37,037 nucleotides of DNA from Devosia sp. Lineage in GTDB: Bacteria; Pseudomonadota; Alphaproteobacteria; Rhizobiales; Devosiaceae. Position numbers and translations under genes: made by a program. Of this stretch, positions 8,705 through 17,241 are shown piece by piece. The notes below the pieces were generated by a model. The model saw only the letters and a program-made list of their open reading frames with translations. It had not been told where the DNA came from and made no database searches. Positions within the stretch are counted from its first letter, which is position 1; each line of letters begins with the position of its first letter. The DNA lies in assembly GCA_028290225.1 (NCBI GenBank), contig JAQGKH010000310.1:1-37037 (forward strand), given 5' to 3'.

Positions 8705-10681
8705 TCAGCTTGGCTCCAGCACCGCAGACACGGCCTTGGCCAGTTCCGTCTGGCGGAATGGCTTGGCCAGGCGGGGCAGGTCGATGGTTTCTGCTCCCGC
8801 CACGTCAACAAAGCCACTCGCGAGCACCACCGGCAAATCGGGGCGCTGGGAGCGGGCTTCTTTCACCAGCTGTAACCCTGTCATGTTGGGCATGGCGTAA
8901 TCGGTCAGCAGCAGGTCGACCGCCTCGTTGGTGGCCAGCAGCTTGAGCGCCTCGGCCCCCGAGCCAGCCAGCAATGGGCTGTAGCCAAGATCTTCCAGCA
9001 TATCGGCGACGTTGCCGAGCACCAGCGCGTCGTCATCCACGACGAGCACGACAGGCTTCTTGCCCGGTTCGCCCGTTCCTGCTCCCGGCTCGCCCGCACC
9101 ACGCTCCGCTACGGCCGCTTGTTCCTCCGCCTCGGGCAGCCAGATTTGTGCGGTCGTGCCCAGTCCCTTTTTGCTGGTGATAAGGAAGCGGCCACCCGAT
9201 TGTTCCACCATGCCCTGCACCATGGACAAGCCCAGCCCGGTGCCTTTTCCGACGCCCTTGGTCGTAAAGAACGGCTCCGTTGCGCGGGCCAGCGTGGCGG
9301 CGTCCATGCCCTCGCCATTGTCCTCCACCGCAATGCAGACATAGCGGCCCGGCGGTACGGGCTGGACATCACGCTCAACCACATTTTCCGGCTGGGCCGT
9401 GATCCGGATGACGCCACCGCCGGGCATGGCATCGCGGGCATTGACGACGAGGTTCAAGATGGCCAGTTCCACCTGGTTCGCGTCTGCCTGGGCCGGGCGC
9501 AGGTCCGGAGCGAACTCGGTGATGAGGTCGAGCGATGGTCCGAGCGAGCGCTCCAGCAGGTCCATGATGCCGCGCACCAGTTGCGAAACGTCCACGGCCT
9601 CGGGATTGAGTTCCTGTTTGCGGGCAAAGGCCAGCATCCGCTGCGTCAGCGAACTGCCGCGTTGGGCGCCCTGCAACGCATTGCTGATGAGCCGGCGCAA
9701 CTTGGGGTCGTCCGGCAGGCGCTTCTGCGCCAGCTCCAGGCTGCTTTGGATGACCATCAGCAAATTGTTGAAGTCGTGGGCGACGCCTCCCGTAAGCTGC
9801 CCCAATGCCTCGGATTTCTGGGATTGGAAGAAGGCCTCGCGTGCCTGGTCAAGCGCGCGCTGGGCGTCGCGCCGTTCGGTGATGTCCCGGGTAACCTTGG
9901 CAAAACCCACGATCTCGCCCTTCGCGTTGCGAATGGCGTCGATCACAACATGCGCCCAGAACCGGCTGCCGTCCTTGCGGACCCGCCAGCCTTCCTTCTC
10001 GAAGCGCCCGTCGCGTGCCGCCGTTTCGAGCGCCACGCGCGGCAGCTCGATGACCTGGTCTTCGGGAGTGTAGAACTTGCTGAAATGCTGGCCGATGATC
10101 TCGCCAGCGCTGTAGCCCTTGATCCGCTCGGCTCCGGCATTCCAGCTATTGACCATGCCGTGGGGCGAAAGCCGGTAGAGTGCGTAGTCTGTCACGCTTT
10201 GCACCAGCAGCCGGAACTGCTCCTCACTGTCGCGCAGCGCGTTCTCCGCCGCCTTGCGTTCCGATAGGTCGCGCGTGACTTTGGCATATCCGATCAGTTC
10301 GCCGTCGGGCCCGCGGATCGGATCGATCACCACATGGGCCCACATACGTGTTCCATCCTTGCGAATGCGCCAGCCTTCCTGCTCGAACTTGCCATGTTCG
10401 GCAGCTGTCCGGAGTGCTCTGGCGGGCAGGCCCGTCGCCTTGTCCTCATCGGTATAGAACCGAGAGAAGTGTTGCCCGATGATCTCTGATGCCTCGTAGC
10501 CCTTGAAGCGCTGGGCCCCCGCGTTCCAGCTCACCACTTTGCCATTCCGGTCCAGCATGTAGATGGCGTAATCCACAATGCTGTTGATCAGCAGCTCATA
10601 GTGGTCGGCGCCCGGCGCCGTCGCTTGGCTCTCAGAATTGATCATGTCCGCACTCACCTGGAAATCAAGCTTCTTCCACAT
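8705..10681 (-). CDS. PAS-PAS hybrid sensor histidine kinase with C-terminal receiver domain (start possibly ATG 10645)
   Basis: Two similar PAS/PAC repeats (SWNAGA..KGY..EIIGQHFS.FY..EGWR.RKDG), H-box GVAHDFNNLL, N-box NLVVNARDAM, DNGEGM, PFFTTKGVGKGTGLGL, REC domain VLVVDDD..LLTDYAMP..LAKPF. Confidence 0.95.
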   Translation of the reverse strand: MWKKLDFQVSADMINSESQATAPGADHYELLINSIVDYAIYMLDRNGKVVSWNAGAQRFKGYEASEIIGQHFSRFYTDEDKATGLPARALRTAAEHGKFEQEGWRIRKDGTRMWAHVVIDPIRGPDGELIGYAKVTRDLSERKAAENALRDSEEQFRLLVQSVTDYALYRLSPHGMVNSWNAGAERIKGYSAGEIIGQHFSKFYTPEDQVIELPRVALETAARDGRFEKEGWRVRKDGSRFWAHVVIDAIRNAKGEIVGFAKVTRDITERRDAQRALDQAREAFFQSQKSEALGQLTGGVAHDFNNLLMVIQSSLELAQKRLPDDPKLRRLISNALQGAQRGSSLTQRMLAFARKQELNPEAVDVSQLVRGIMDLLERSLGPSLDLITEFAPDLRPAQADANQVELAILNLVVNARDAMPGGGVIRITAQPENVVERDVQPVPPGRYVCIAVEDNGEGMDAATLARATEPFFTTKGVGKGTGLGLSMVQGMVEQSGGRFLITSKKGLGTTAQIWLPEAEEQAAVAERGAGEPGAGTGEPGKKPVVLVVDDDALVLGNVADMLEDLGYSPLLAGSGAEALKLLATNEAVDLLLTDYAMPNMTGLQLVKEARSQRPDLPVVLASGFVDVAGAETIDLPRLAKPFRQTELAKAVSAVLEPS

Positions 10682-10803
10682 CTACCACTTTGGCTGCGAT
10701 GTCCAAACTTCTCGACGGCGCGGACGCGAGAATCCGGCCGGTTTTCGGCGGCGGACGCGGCAGCGTTTTGCGTGCAAACAAGCGCAACGCCGGCGGCTCG
10801 TCC

Positions 10804-10829
10804 GGAACAGTCCGACGCGCATCCGAGTT
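10804..10829 (+). promoter_or_regulatory. Putative EcfG/sigmaT-type promoter for DUF72
   Basis: GGAAC-N17-AGTT, one mismatch to GGAAC-N16/17-CGTT, about 30 nt upstream of the proposed start. Confidence 0.4.
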
Positions 10830-10860
10830 GCCTTGTGAAGCCGTTCATAAAGGCCCATTA

Positions 10861-11586
10861 TTGGTTCAGAATACGTTCATCGGTACGGCCGGATGGAGCG
10901 TCGAGCGCGCCATTCCGGGCTTCTCCCAGGTCGGAACAGCCCTGGAGCGCTACAGTTCCGTCTTTTCAGCCGTCGAGATAAACTCCAGCTTCTACCGGCG
11001 TCACCGACCCTCCACCTGGCAACGCTGGCACGACGCCGTGCCGCCGCACTTCCGGTTCTCGGTCAAGCTGCCAAAAGCCATCACTCACGTCCGCCAACTC
11101 ATTGGCGCAGAAGCAGAAATTGCGGAATTCTTTGCCGACATCAAGCCGCTAGGCGCCAAGCTCGGCGCCATTTTGGTGCAACTGCCACCCAAACTGGCCT
11201 TCGCGCCAGATGCCGCGGCTGCGTTCTTCTCAGCCCTGCAAGCCTTTGGCAACACACCCGTTTTCATCGAACCACGTCACCCGAGCTGGGCCGACATGCA
11301 GGCCTCCGACCTGCTGCATCGCTACAGGGTCGCTCGCGTTTACGCCGACCCACAAGAAGCAACCCTGCGCTCGGCAGCTCTGTCCGATGGCACCTCGTAC
11401 CTCCGCCTGCACGGCTCGCCCAAGATCTACTATTCTGCCTACGATGCTGAAACACTTGATGAATTCGCCGCAATGCTCGCCACCAGCCCGGGCCCAAACT
11501 GGTGCATCTTCGACAACACCGCTTCCGGAGCCGCTCTCCGCGACGCTCTCAAGCTGCGTGACCTGCTCGCGCGCGGCCAGGCCTAG
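10861..11586 (+). CDS. DUF72 (YecE/UPF0759) family protein
   Basis: IGTAGWS, VEINSSFY, FRFSVKLPKAITH, LVQLPP, EPRHPSW, YLRLHG, WCIFDNT. Start placed at TTG 10861 (AAGG 7 nt upstream) rather than 10690. Confidence 0.9.
   Translation: MVQNTFIGTAGWSVERAIPGFSQVGTALERYSSVFSAVEINSSFYRRHRPSTWQRWHDAVPPHFRFSVKLPKAITHVRQLIGAEAEIAEFFADIKPLGAKLGAILVQLPPKLAFAPDAAAAFFSALQAFGNTPVFIEPRHPSWADMQASDLLHRYRVARVYADPQEATLRSAALSDGTSYLRLHGSPKIYYSAYDAETLDEFAAMLATSPGPNWCIFDNTASGAALRDALKLRDLLARGQA
10864..10878 (+). promoter_or_regulatory. Putative alphaproteobacterial LexA (SOS) box
   Basis: Exact GTTC-AGAATAC-GTTC (GTTC-N7-GTTC) immediately after the proposed DUF72 start codon. Confidence 0.45.
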
Positions 11587-11741
11587 TAACCCCGCCGCTG
11601 CCGCCTTGGTGGTCCGCTCGCCGCCCGCCGCGGATGCATCCGCACGCGGACCGGCTTTTTTTCTTCCGACAGCTCATCAGCATCGGCTCGGTAATCGAGC
11701 TCGGCATAAGGGTCGGGATCATGTTGGCAGGGGGCGGTCAC
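11583..11741 (-). CDS. Candidate 52-aa small protein
   Basis: Manual translation from GTG 11741: MTAPCQHDPDPYAELDYRADADELSEEKKPVRVRMHPRRAASGPPRRQRRGY*. GGAG 11 nt upstream; fills the gap, and its stop overlaps the DUF72 stop in CTAG. Confidence 0.35.
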   Translation of the reverse strand: MTAPCQHDPDPYAELDYRADADELSEEKKPVRVRMHPRRAASGPPRRQRRGY

Positions 11742-11761
11742 GATGAGTGTCGCTCCAGGGC

Positions 11762-12025
11762 CTAGTGCACCGAACCATCCGGTGGCCCGATCAGCTGCGC
11801 GATGCCTTCATCGTCCAGCGCCCGCTGGAACTCGTTCCAGGCGTCAATCTCGGTGGCAAACGTATCTTCCCAGATCAGCGAATTGTCGTCTTCATCCACC
11901 ACTTCAAGGGTCCAGCCATCATTGCTGTCCTTCAGCCGATAAATGCCGACCTGCACGGTGATGCCGTCCTGGCTGATCTCGCAGCTGTGCTCGGAGAGTT
12001 CGATGTCCTGATCTTCTTCGCTCAT
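11762..12025 (-). CDS. Hypothetical acidic protein, 87 aa
   Basis: MSEEDQDIELSEHSCEISQDGITVQVGIYRL..WTLEVVDEDDNSLIWEDTF..; GGAGAG RBS 5 nt before ATG 12025; protein-like composition. Confidence 0.8.
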   Translation of the reverse strand: MSEEDQDIELSEHSCEISQDGITVQVGIYRLKDSNDGWTLEVVDEDDNSLIWEDTFATEIDAWNEFQRALDDEGIAQLIGPPDGSVH

Positions 12026-12126
12026 AACTGCTCTCCATTGTTCGGGTGCGCTCCCATAGCGCGACGGAGCGGCCATTGCCACCATCAAAGCGGCAGCGGC
12101 TGTCATGCGATTTTGCTCGAGCACCC

Positions 12127-12151
12127 AACGGCACGCTTCGGCTCCAGTTCC
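12127..12151 (-). promoter_or_regulatory. Putative EcfG/sigmaT-type promoter
   Basis: Exact GGAAC-N16-CGTT on the minus strand, intergenic, about 100 nt upstream of the 87-aa gene. Confidence 0.55.
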
Positions 12152-12201
12152 AGCCAGCTGCTCGCCCAATGCGGCTCGGCCAACCGGGAAATCCCTGGAA
12201 T

Positions 12202-13923
12202 TCACGAGCGGAACCAGCCCGGGGCAATGCCAGTGGTATCGCCGGCACGGGTCAGCTTGTCGCGGAGTTGGCGAAGGCTGGTTTCGTTCCAATGCGGCGG
12301 ATCGCTGACGGCGACCCAGGCGTCGAGGTAATCCTGCGGCGCATAAACATGGCCAAAGCCAATAGGCGAGGTTTGGGCGAGTGCCATGTCGAGCGCGAGC
12401 TGCAGGAAGGTGACGACCGGATACCAGGTCAGCAGTGGAGATACATCGCTCGGCCGATCGCCCGTCAGCCACTGCGGCGGACGATACAGCACCTGCGGCT
12501 CGAAAAACACGACGGGGTCGCTGGCATATTGCAGATAAACGAGCCGTACCGGACCCCATTTAACGCCGGGAATGTTCAAAGCGTCGCTTTGGTTTGTGAA
12601 CCGGATGATTGAGCTGTCGTTGAAGTGTGGCAGCCATTCGGGCGTGCCGGCCTGGCGATTAGCCGTGGCATTGCGCCAAAGCTGGCTAGCAAAAGGCGGG
12701 CCCGCCCAGAGCGCCCCCTGGAATGGATCGGCCAGGACATCAAACAGGCTGGCAGAGGCTTGCGAGGCATAGGCACCAAGGCTCAAACCATTCAGGTAAA
12801 GCTTGGGGCGCGTTTGGTGTGGCAACGCTGTCCAGTACTGATAGACCGCGGCGAACAGCGCCTGGGCGCTGGCAGTGCCGACATCGGGCTCCACCACCAG
12901 CGACAGCCAGCTGGTGAGATAGGAATATTGGAGCGCGACGCTTGCCACATCGCCGGCGTGAAGAAACTCCAGCGTGTCGATTGCTGGTGGGTCGACCCAG
13001 CCGGTCCCCACGGGCATGATCAGCACCAGGACAGAGCGATCGAACGCGCCGACGCGCTGCATCTCGCCAAGAGCAAGCTGGGCCCGCTGCTCGACCGTTT
13101 CGGCGGAGCGAAGGCCGACATAAACGCGCAGAGGGGTTCGAGCGGGGCGCCCGATCACGGTTTCGATTTCCTCCGCTGTAGGGCCCGATTGCACATAGAT
13201 GCGGGCATCAAGGCCGATCGTGTCCCAATCAACCAGTGATGCGGCGCTGCCCGAGCGAAGGGGATCGGTTGGGGGCTCTTCATATTGGCCGGCCAGCGCA
13301 TCGACTTCAGCATAGAACCGGTCCGCTGTATAAACGACGCTGCGGACCACTACGCCGTTCACAAACACGCTGGTCAGCACGCCCACGATCAGCATGCCCC
13401 CGACCAGGGCCACCCTGCGCGGCACTAGGCGGGTGAGCCAGCGGGCTGTGGCTCGAACAAAGTGGACAATGGCGGTGCCGATGCCGATCAACAGGGCAGC
13501 CGGCAAGACCGCGATCGCCGCAACCCAGACTGGCTGGTTGGATTGCACCGGGGCAAGTCCCATCACTCCGCGAATGGAGTTCTGCCAACCGGTGGACAGC
13601 CAAAGAAAGACGATGGCGTTGAGGGCACACACCAGTAGTAGCCAGAACTTGAGCCAGCGGGCGCGCGCGCGGCCGGGAATGCGGAGCTCCATGAACGTCC
13701 AAAGCCATTCACCAAACACGCCGATGCCATAACCAGCTGCAAAGACGCAGCCGCTGAGCACACCCTGCAAGATGAACTGGCGGGGCAGCAGGGATGGAGT
13801 GAGGGACAGGGCAAAGAACAGCAGGCCCAGCAGCACACCTCCGGTGGGCAGGCGGTCCATCGCCAGGAGAATCCGAGGGATCAGTCGTTGGGCTCGCCAG
13901 GTGCTAGCGAGGGGGAGGGGCAC
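12202..13923 (-). CDS. Membrane-anchored alpha/beta-hydrolase family protein (Abhydrolase_9 type; start possibly ATG 13860)
   Basis: SLTPSLLPR N-terminal TM region, PLRVYVGL, PVGTGWVD, QYSYLTSW, nucleophile elbow GLSLG, YLQYASDP, GFGHVY. Confidence 0.88.
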   Translation of the reverse strand: MPLPLASTWRAQRLIPRILLAMDRLPTGGVLLGLLFFALSLTPSLLPRQFILQGVLSGCVFAAGYGIGVFGEWLWTFMELRIPGRARARWLKFWLLLVCALNAIVFLWLSTGWQNSIRGVMGLAPVQSNQPVWVAAIAVLPAALLIGIGTAIVHFVRATARWLTRLVPRRVALVGGMLIVGVLTSVFVNGVVVRSVVYTADRFYAEVDALAGQYEEPPTDPLRSGSAASLVDWDTIGLDARIYVQSGPTAEEIETVIGRPARTPLRVYVGLRSAETVEQRAQLALGEMQRVGAFDRSVLVLIMPVGTGWVDPPAIDTLEFLHAGDVASVALQYSYLTSWLSLVVEPDVGTASAQALFAAVYQYWTALPHQTRPKLYLNGLSLGAYASQASASLFDVLADPFQGALWAGPPFASQLWRNATANRQAGTPEWLPHFNDSSIIRFTNQSDALNIPGVKWGPVRLVYLQYASDPVVFFEPQVLYRPPQWLTGDRPSDVSPLLTWYPVVTFLQLALDMALAQTSPIGFGHVYAPQDYLDAWVAVSDPPHWNETSLRQLRDKLTRAGDTTGIAPGWFRS

Positions 13924-13976
13924 AGCTAACCTTGTTGCTGGTGATCTGGCCCAATGCTGGAATCCGCCAAGTCATC

Positions 13977-14612
13977 TCAGCTCCCGAGAAAACCACCGGC
14001 TGAAAAGCCGAGGGAGACCACTAGCCAGATTATCCATGCATCCACCAGAAAGCCGATTGCGCCAATCGCAATGCCGATGATGAGGCCCAATCCGTCGCGG
14101 TTCAACCGGGACAGGCACATTACGGCGACGCCGACATTCGGGATGGCGTTCATGAACGGGATAGGCACTACCATGGGCAGGCAAAGCACCATGACGATGA
14201 GGGCAAAGGGCCGCCCGGTGGTTTCGCTCACAAGCGCCGGTAACCGGGGGAAGGATATGCGGGCCAGCGCTCGCGAATATCGGGCCAATCGTTCGAGCAG
14301 CTTGAGCAGCAGTTTTGCAGGCACGCGACGGTCACCCGCAAAGCGCGGCAGGCGCACGGGGCGAGCGAGCAGCATGGCCGAGGCAAACCCAAACATGGCA
14401 AGCGCCACGATACCGCCCCAGCCGGGCGCGCCCGGGATCATGTTGAGAAGGCTGAAGACAAGGATCACCAGTGTATGGGAATTCTCGCCAAGAATCCGGA
14501 TCAGGCCGGAAAAGGTCAGCTCAGGCGCCTGGCCGCGGCCAGCCTGGTGCAATGCCTCGCGCATGGCAAAGAGGTGCAACTCTACGGGGCTCAGCGGGAA
14601 TGATGGAGGCAT
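13977..14612 (-). CDS. exoD: ExoD-family exopolysaccharide synthesis membrane protein
   Basis: About 210 aa hydrophobic protein with LNMIPG.PG, PVRLP.F, PIPFMNAIP and RDGL motifs typical of ExoD. Confidence 0.8.
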   Translation of the reverse strand: MPPSFPLSPVELHLFAMREALHQAGRGQAPELTFSGLIRILGENSHTLVILVFSLLNMIPGAPGWGGIVALAMFGFASAMLLARPVRLPRFAGDRRVPAKLLLKLLERLARYSRALARISFPRLPALVSETTGRPFALIVMVLCLPMVVPIPFMNAIPNVGVAVMCLSRLNRDGLGLIIGIAIGAIGFLVDAWIIWLVVSLGFSAGGFLGS

Positions 14613-14644
14613 TACTACTCAAATAGGCCAGTGCCGGCAAAGCC

Positions 14645-14668
14645 AAACGGCGCCCAGGGGCGCCGTTT
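14645..14668 (-). terminator. Probable intrinsic terminator after icd
   Basis: AAACGGCGCCC-ag-GGGCGCCGTTT inverted repeat about 20 nt past the icd stop. Confidence 0.6.
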
Positions 14669-14687
14669 GCAGGAGTTCAGACGCGGT

Positions 14688-15899
14688 TCAGGCCATGGCC
14701 TTTTGCAGGTTCTGATCGATGGCATCGAGGAAGCCAAGGGTCGATAGCCAACTCTGATCCGGGCCGACCAGCAAAGACAGGTCCTTGGTCATCTTGCCTT
14801 CTTCGATGGTGCCCACGGTAACCTTTTCCAGCGTCAGCGCGAACTTGGCCAGTGCCTCGTTGTCGTCCAGCTTGGCGCGGTGAGCGAGGCCACGGGTCCA
14901 GGCAAAGATCGAGGCGGTGGAATTGGTCGAGGTTTCCTTGCCCTGCTGGTGCTGGCGGTAGTGACGGGTCACCGTGCCATGAGCCGCCTCAGCTTCGACG
15001 ATCTTGCCATCGGGTGTCGCGAGCACGGAAGTCATCAGGCCAAGCGAGCCAAAGCCCTGCGCCACGATGTCGGACTGCACATCGCCATCATAGTTCTTGC
15101 AGGCCCACACATAACCGCCGCTCCACTTGAGGGACGACGCCACCATGTCGTCGATCAGGCGGTGTTCGTACCAGATCTTGGCGGCTTCGAACTTTTGCTT
15201 GAACTCGGCCTCGTAGATCTCCTGGAAGATATCCTTGAAGCGGCCGTCGTAGGTCTTGAGGATGGTGTTCTTGGTGGAAAGATAGCAGGGTACGCCGCGG
15301 GCCAGTGCATAGTTGAGGCTGGAATAGGCAAAATCGCGGATCGAGTCGTCGAGGTTGTACATGGCCATCGCGACACCTGAGCCGGGCGCCTGGAATACTT
15401 CGTGCTCGATCACATCGCCGTCTTCGCCGGTAAACTTGATGGTCAGGGTGCCTTTGCCGGGGAAGGTGAAGTCGGTGGCGCGATACTGATCGCCAAAGGC
15501 ATGACGCCCGACGATGATGGGCTGGGTCCAGCCGGGCACGAGCCGCGGCACGTTTTGGCAGATGATGGGCTCGCGGAAGATCACGCCGCCGAGGATGTTC
15601 CGGATCGTGCCGTTCGGCGACTTCCACATCTTCTTGAGCTTGAATTCCTCGACGCGCTGCTCGTCAGGGGTGATGGTGGCGCACTTGATGCCCACACCAT
15701 GCTTCTGGATCGCCTTGGCAGCATCCACCGTGATCTGGTCGTTGGTAGCGTCTCGGCTTTCCACCGACAGGTCATAATATTCGATAGGCAGATCGAGATA
15801 GGGATGGATGAGCTTGTCCTTGATCGCCCGCCAGATGATGCGCGTCATCTCGTCCCCATCGAGATCGACGACCGGATTGGCGACTTTGATCTTGCTCAT
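14688..15899 (-). CDS. icd: NADP-dependent isocitrate dehydrogenase
   Basis: [69 protein letters not shown] before ATG 15899. Confidence 0.98.
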   Translation of the reverse strand: MSKIKVANPVVDLDGDEMTRIIWRAIKDKLIHPYLDLPIEYYDLSVESRDATNDQITVDAAKAIQKHGVGIKCATITPDEQRVEEFKLKKMWKSPNGTIRNILGGVIFREPIICQNVPRLVPGWTQPIIVGRHAFGDQYRATDFTFPGKGTLTIKFTGEDGDVIEHEVFQAPGSGVAMAMYNLDDSIRDFAYSSLNYALARGVPCYLSTKNTILKTYDGRFKDIFQEIYEAEFKQKFEAAKIWYEHRLIDDMVASSLKWSGGYVWACKNYDGDVQSDIVAQGFGSLGLMTSVLATPDGKIVEAEAAHGTVTRHYRQHQQGKETSTNSTASIFAWTRGLAHRAKLDDNEALAKFALTLEKVTVGTIEEGKMTKDLSLLVGPDQSWLSTLGFLDAIDQNLQKAMA

Positions 15900-16028
15900 A
15901 AATACGCTCCCTTGATGGACCTGCCGGACGGCCCTTGGCCGTGTTGCGGGCCGTATACCATTGCGACGGGAAAGCACAAAGCTTAGCTCGGCAAGGGCAC
16001 TTGCCCAGGACGGCGGGGTTGAAAAGGT

Positions 16029-16469
16029 TCAGTCGGTCTCTTGGCGATAAGTGTCGTGCCGGGGCAGATGGTCGGCAATGGCGTCCCAACCCTGGCGGGT
16101 GCGGGCGAAGATCAGCTGGCCGGGCTGGAACCAGCTGTTGTTGCCGGCGAAAAATCCCGCCGACACCAGGCAGATGCCGGGTGCGCGCGAGGACCCCCCG
16201 AAGAGCGGCGTAGCGCAGCACGGACAGAAATTCCGGCTGAAGCTGGCACCGGATGCGCTTTGGCGCGCGAAACTGCCGATTTGGCCAGTGACGGTCAAAT
16301 ACCGCTCCGCCACCAGGGCAACGGCGGAATGGCCGGTGCCGGTTGCCTGCTGGCAGTGCAGGCAGGCACACATGAACATGGAGCCGACCCGGCCAGTGAT
16401 GCGCATGGTCACGGCCCCGCAGGCACAGCTGGCCTGCACATCGATGCTGGAGTGTGCCGGCTCCGTCAT
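16029..16469 (-). CDS. GFA (glutathione-dependent formaldehyde-activating/CENP-V) family protein
   Basis: Zn-ligand pattern CxCG..CxCxxCQ..RxFCxxCxTPL. Confidence 0.88.
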   Translation of the reverse strand: MTEPAHSSIDVQASCACGAVTMRITGRVGSMFMCACLHCQQATGTGHSAVALVAERYLTVTGQIGSFARQSASGASFSRNFCPCCATPLFGGSSRAPGICLVSAGFFAGNNSWFQPGQLIFARTRQGWDAIADHLPRHDTYRQETD

Positions 16470-16567
16470 GGGATCAAGCTGGCATGGCGCGAACGGCCGA
16501 TCAAGAGAGCGCGGCCTTGCCTTGAGCGGCTGAACACCGCAAGAATGGGCTCTCCACTGGAGGAGGC

Positions 16568-17152
16568 ATGGCGCTTTATCCGACCTATCCGCTGCTGACC
16601 GAGCGGTTGCGCCTGCGCCCGTTCACCCGCGGCGACGTGGATGCCGTTTTCGCTTATCGGCAACGTGAGGACGTCGCGCGGTACCTGTTCGGTGCGGCGC
16701 TTAGCCGAGAAGAATGCGCCTTGGCGGTGCAGCAGCGGATCAACCAGACAACGCTGGACAAGGAAGGGGACAAAGTTGTCCTGGCGATGGAACTTGGCCA
16801 AACCAGCCAGTTGATCGGGGAGGTATCGCTGATTTGGCGCAGTCTCGAAAGCGAACAAGGGGAGGTGGGCTGGATCCTTCACCCAGATTATCATGGACAT
16901 GGTTATGCCACTGAAGCGGCCGGCGTTATCCTGAATTTGGCATTCGGAGAGGCGCAACTGCACCGGGTCGTGGCTCGATGCGCGGCGGAAAACGGGCCTT
17001 CGTTCCGGCTGATGGAGCGGTTGGGCATGCGGCGCGAGGCGCATTTTCGCGATCATTCCATCACCAAGGGCGTGTGGGATGAGGAGTTTATCTACGCCAT
17101 TCTCCGGGACGAATGGCTCAATCGCCAGTCGCAATCTCCGACTAGCGGATGA
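16568..17152 (+). CDS. GNAT acetyltransferase, RimJ/RimL family
   Basis: TERLRLRPF, EVGWILHPDYHGHGYATEA, SFRLMERLGMRREAHF, YAILRDEW; GGAGG RBS. Confidence 0.92.
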   Translation: MALYPTYPLLTERLRLRPFTRGDVDAVFAYRQREDVARYLFGAALSREECALAVQQRINQTTLDKEGDKVVLAMELGQTSQLIGEVSLIWRSLESEQGEVGWILHPDYHGHGYATEAAGVILNLAFGEAQLHRVVARCAAENGPSFRLMERLGMRREAHFRDHSITKGVWDEEFIYAILRDEWLNRQSQSPTSG

Positions 17153-17176
17153 TCGGCTACTAACCTGCGCTACGCG

Positions 17177-17202
17177 GGAACCTCTCGCCCATAAGGCCCG
17201 TT
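17177..17202 (+). promoter_or_regulatory. Putative EcfG/sigmaT-type promoter
   Basis: Exact GGAAC-N17-CGTT in the 89-nt gap, about 40 nt before the second GNAT ATG. Confidence 0.55.
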
Positions 17203-17241
17203 CCTCGTTCAGTTACGATATACCTGCGGAGGCTCGCCATC

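Noticed and set aside
9860-10610. PAS repeats as LOV blue-light sensors or as a novel repeat
   Set aside because: No GxNCRFLQ motif or flavin-binding Cys; tandem PAS/PAC domains of this type are common.
10690-10860. N-terminal extension of DUF72 in the ORF track
   Set aside because: Family-like sequence begins at IGTAGWS; the extension would consume the whole divergent promoter region.
12026-12559. N-terminal extension of the 265-aa ORF 11762-12559
   Set aside because: Overlaps the hydrolase gene out of frame; a strong RBS supports ATG 12025.
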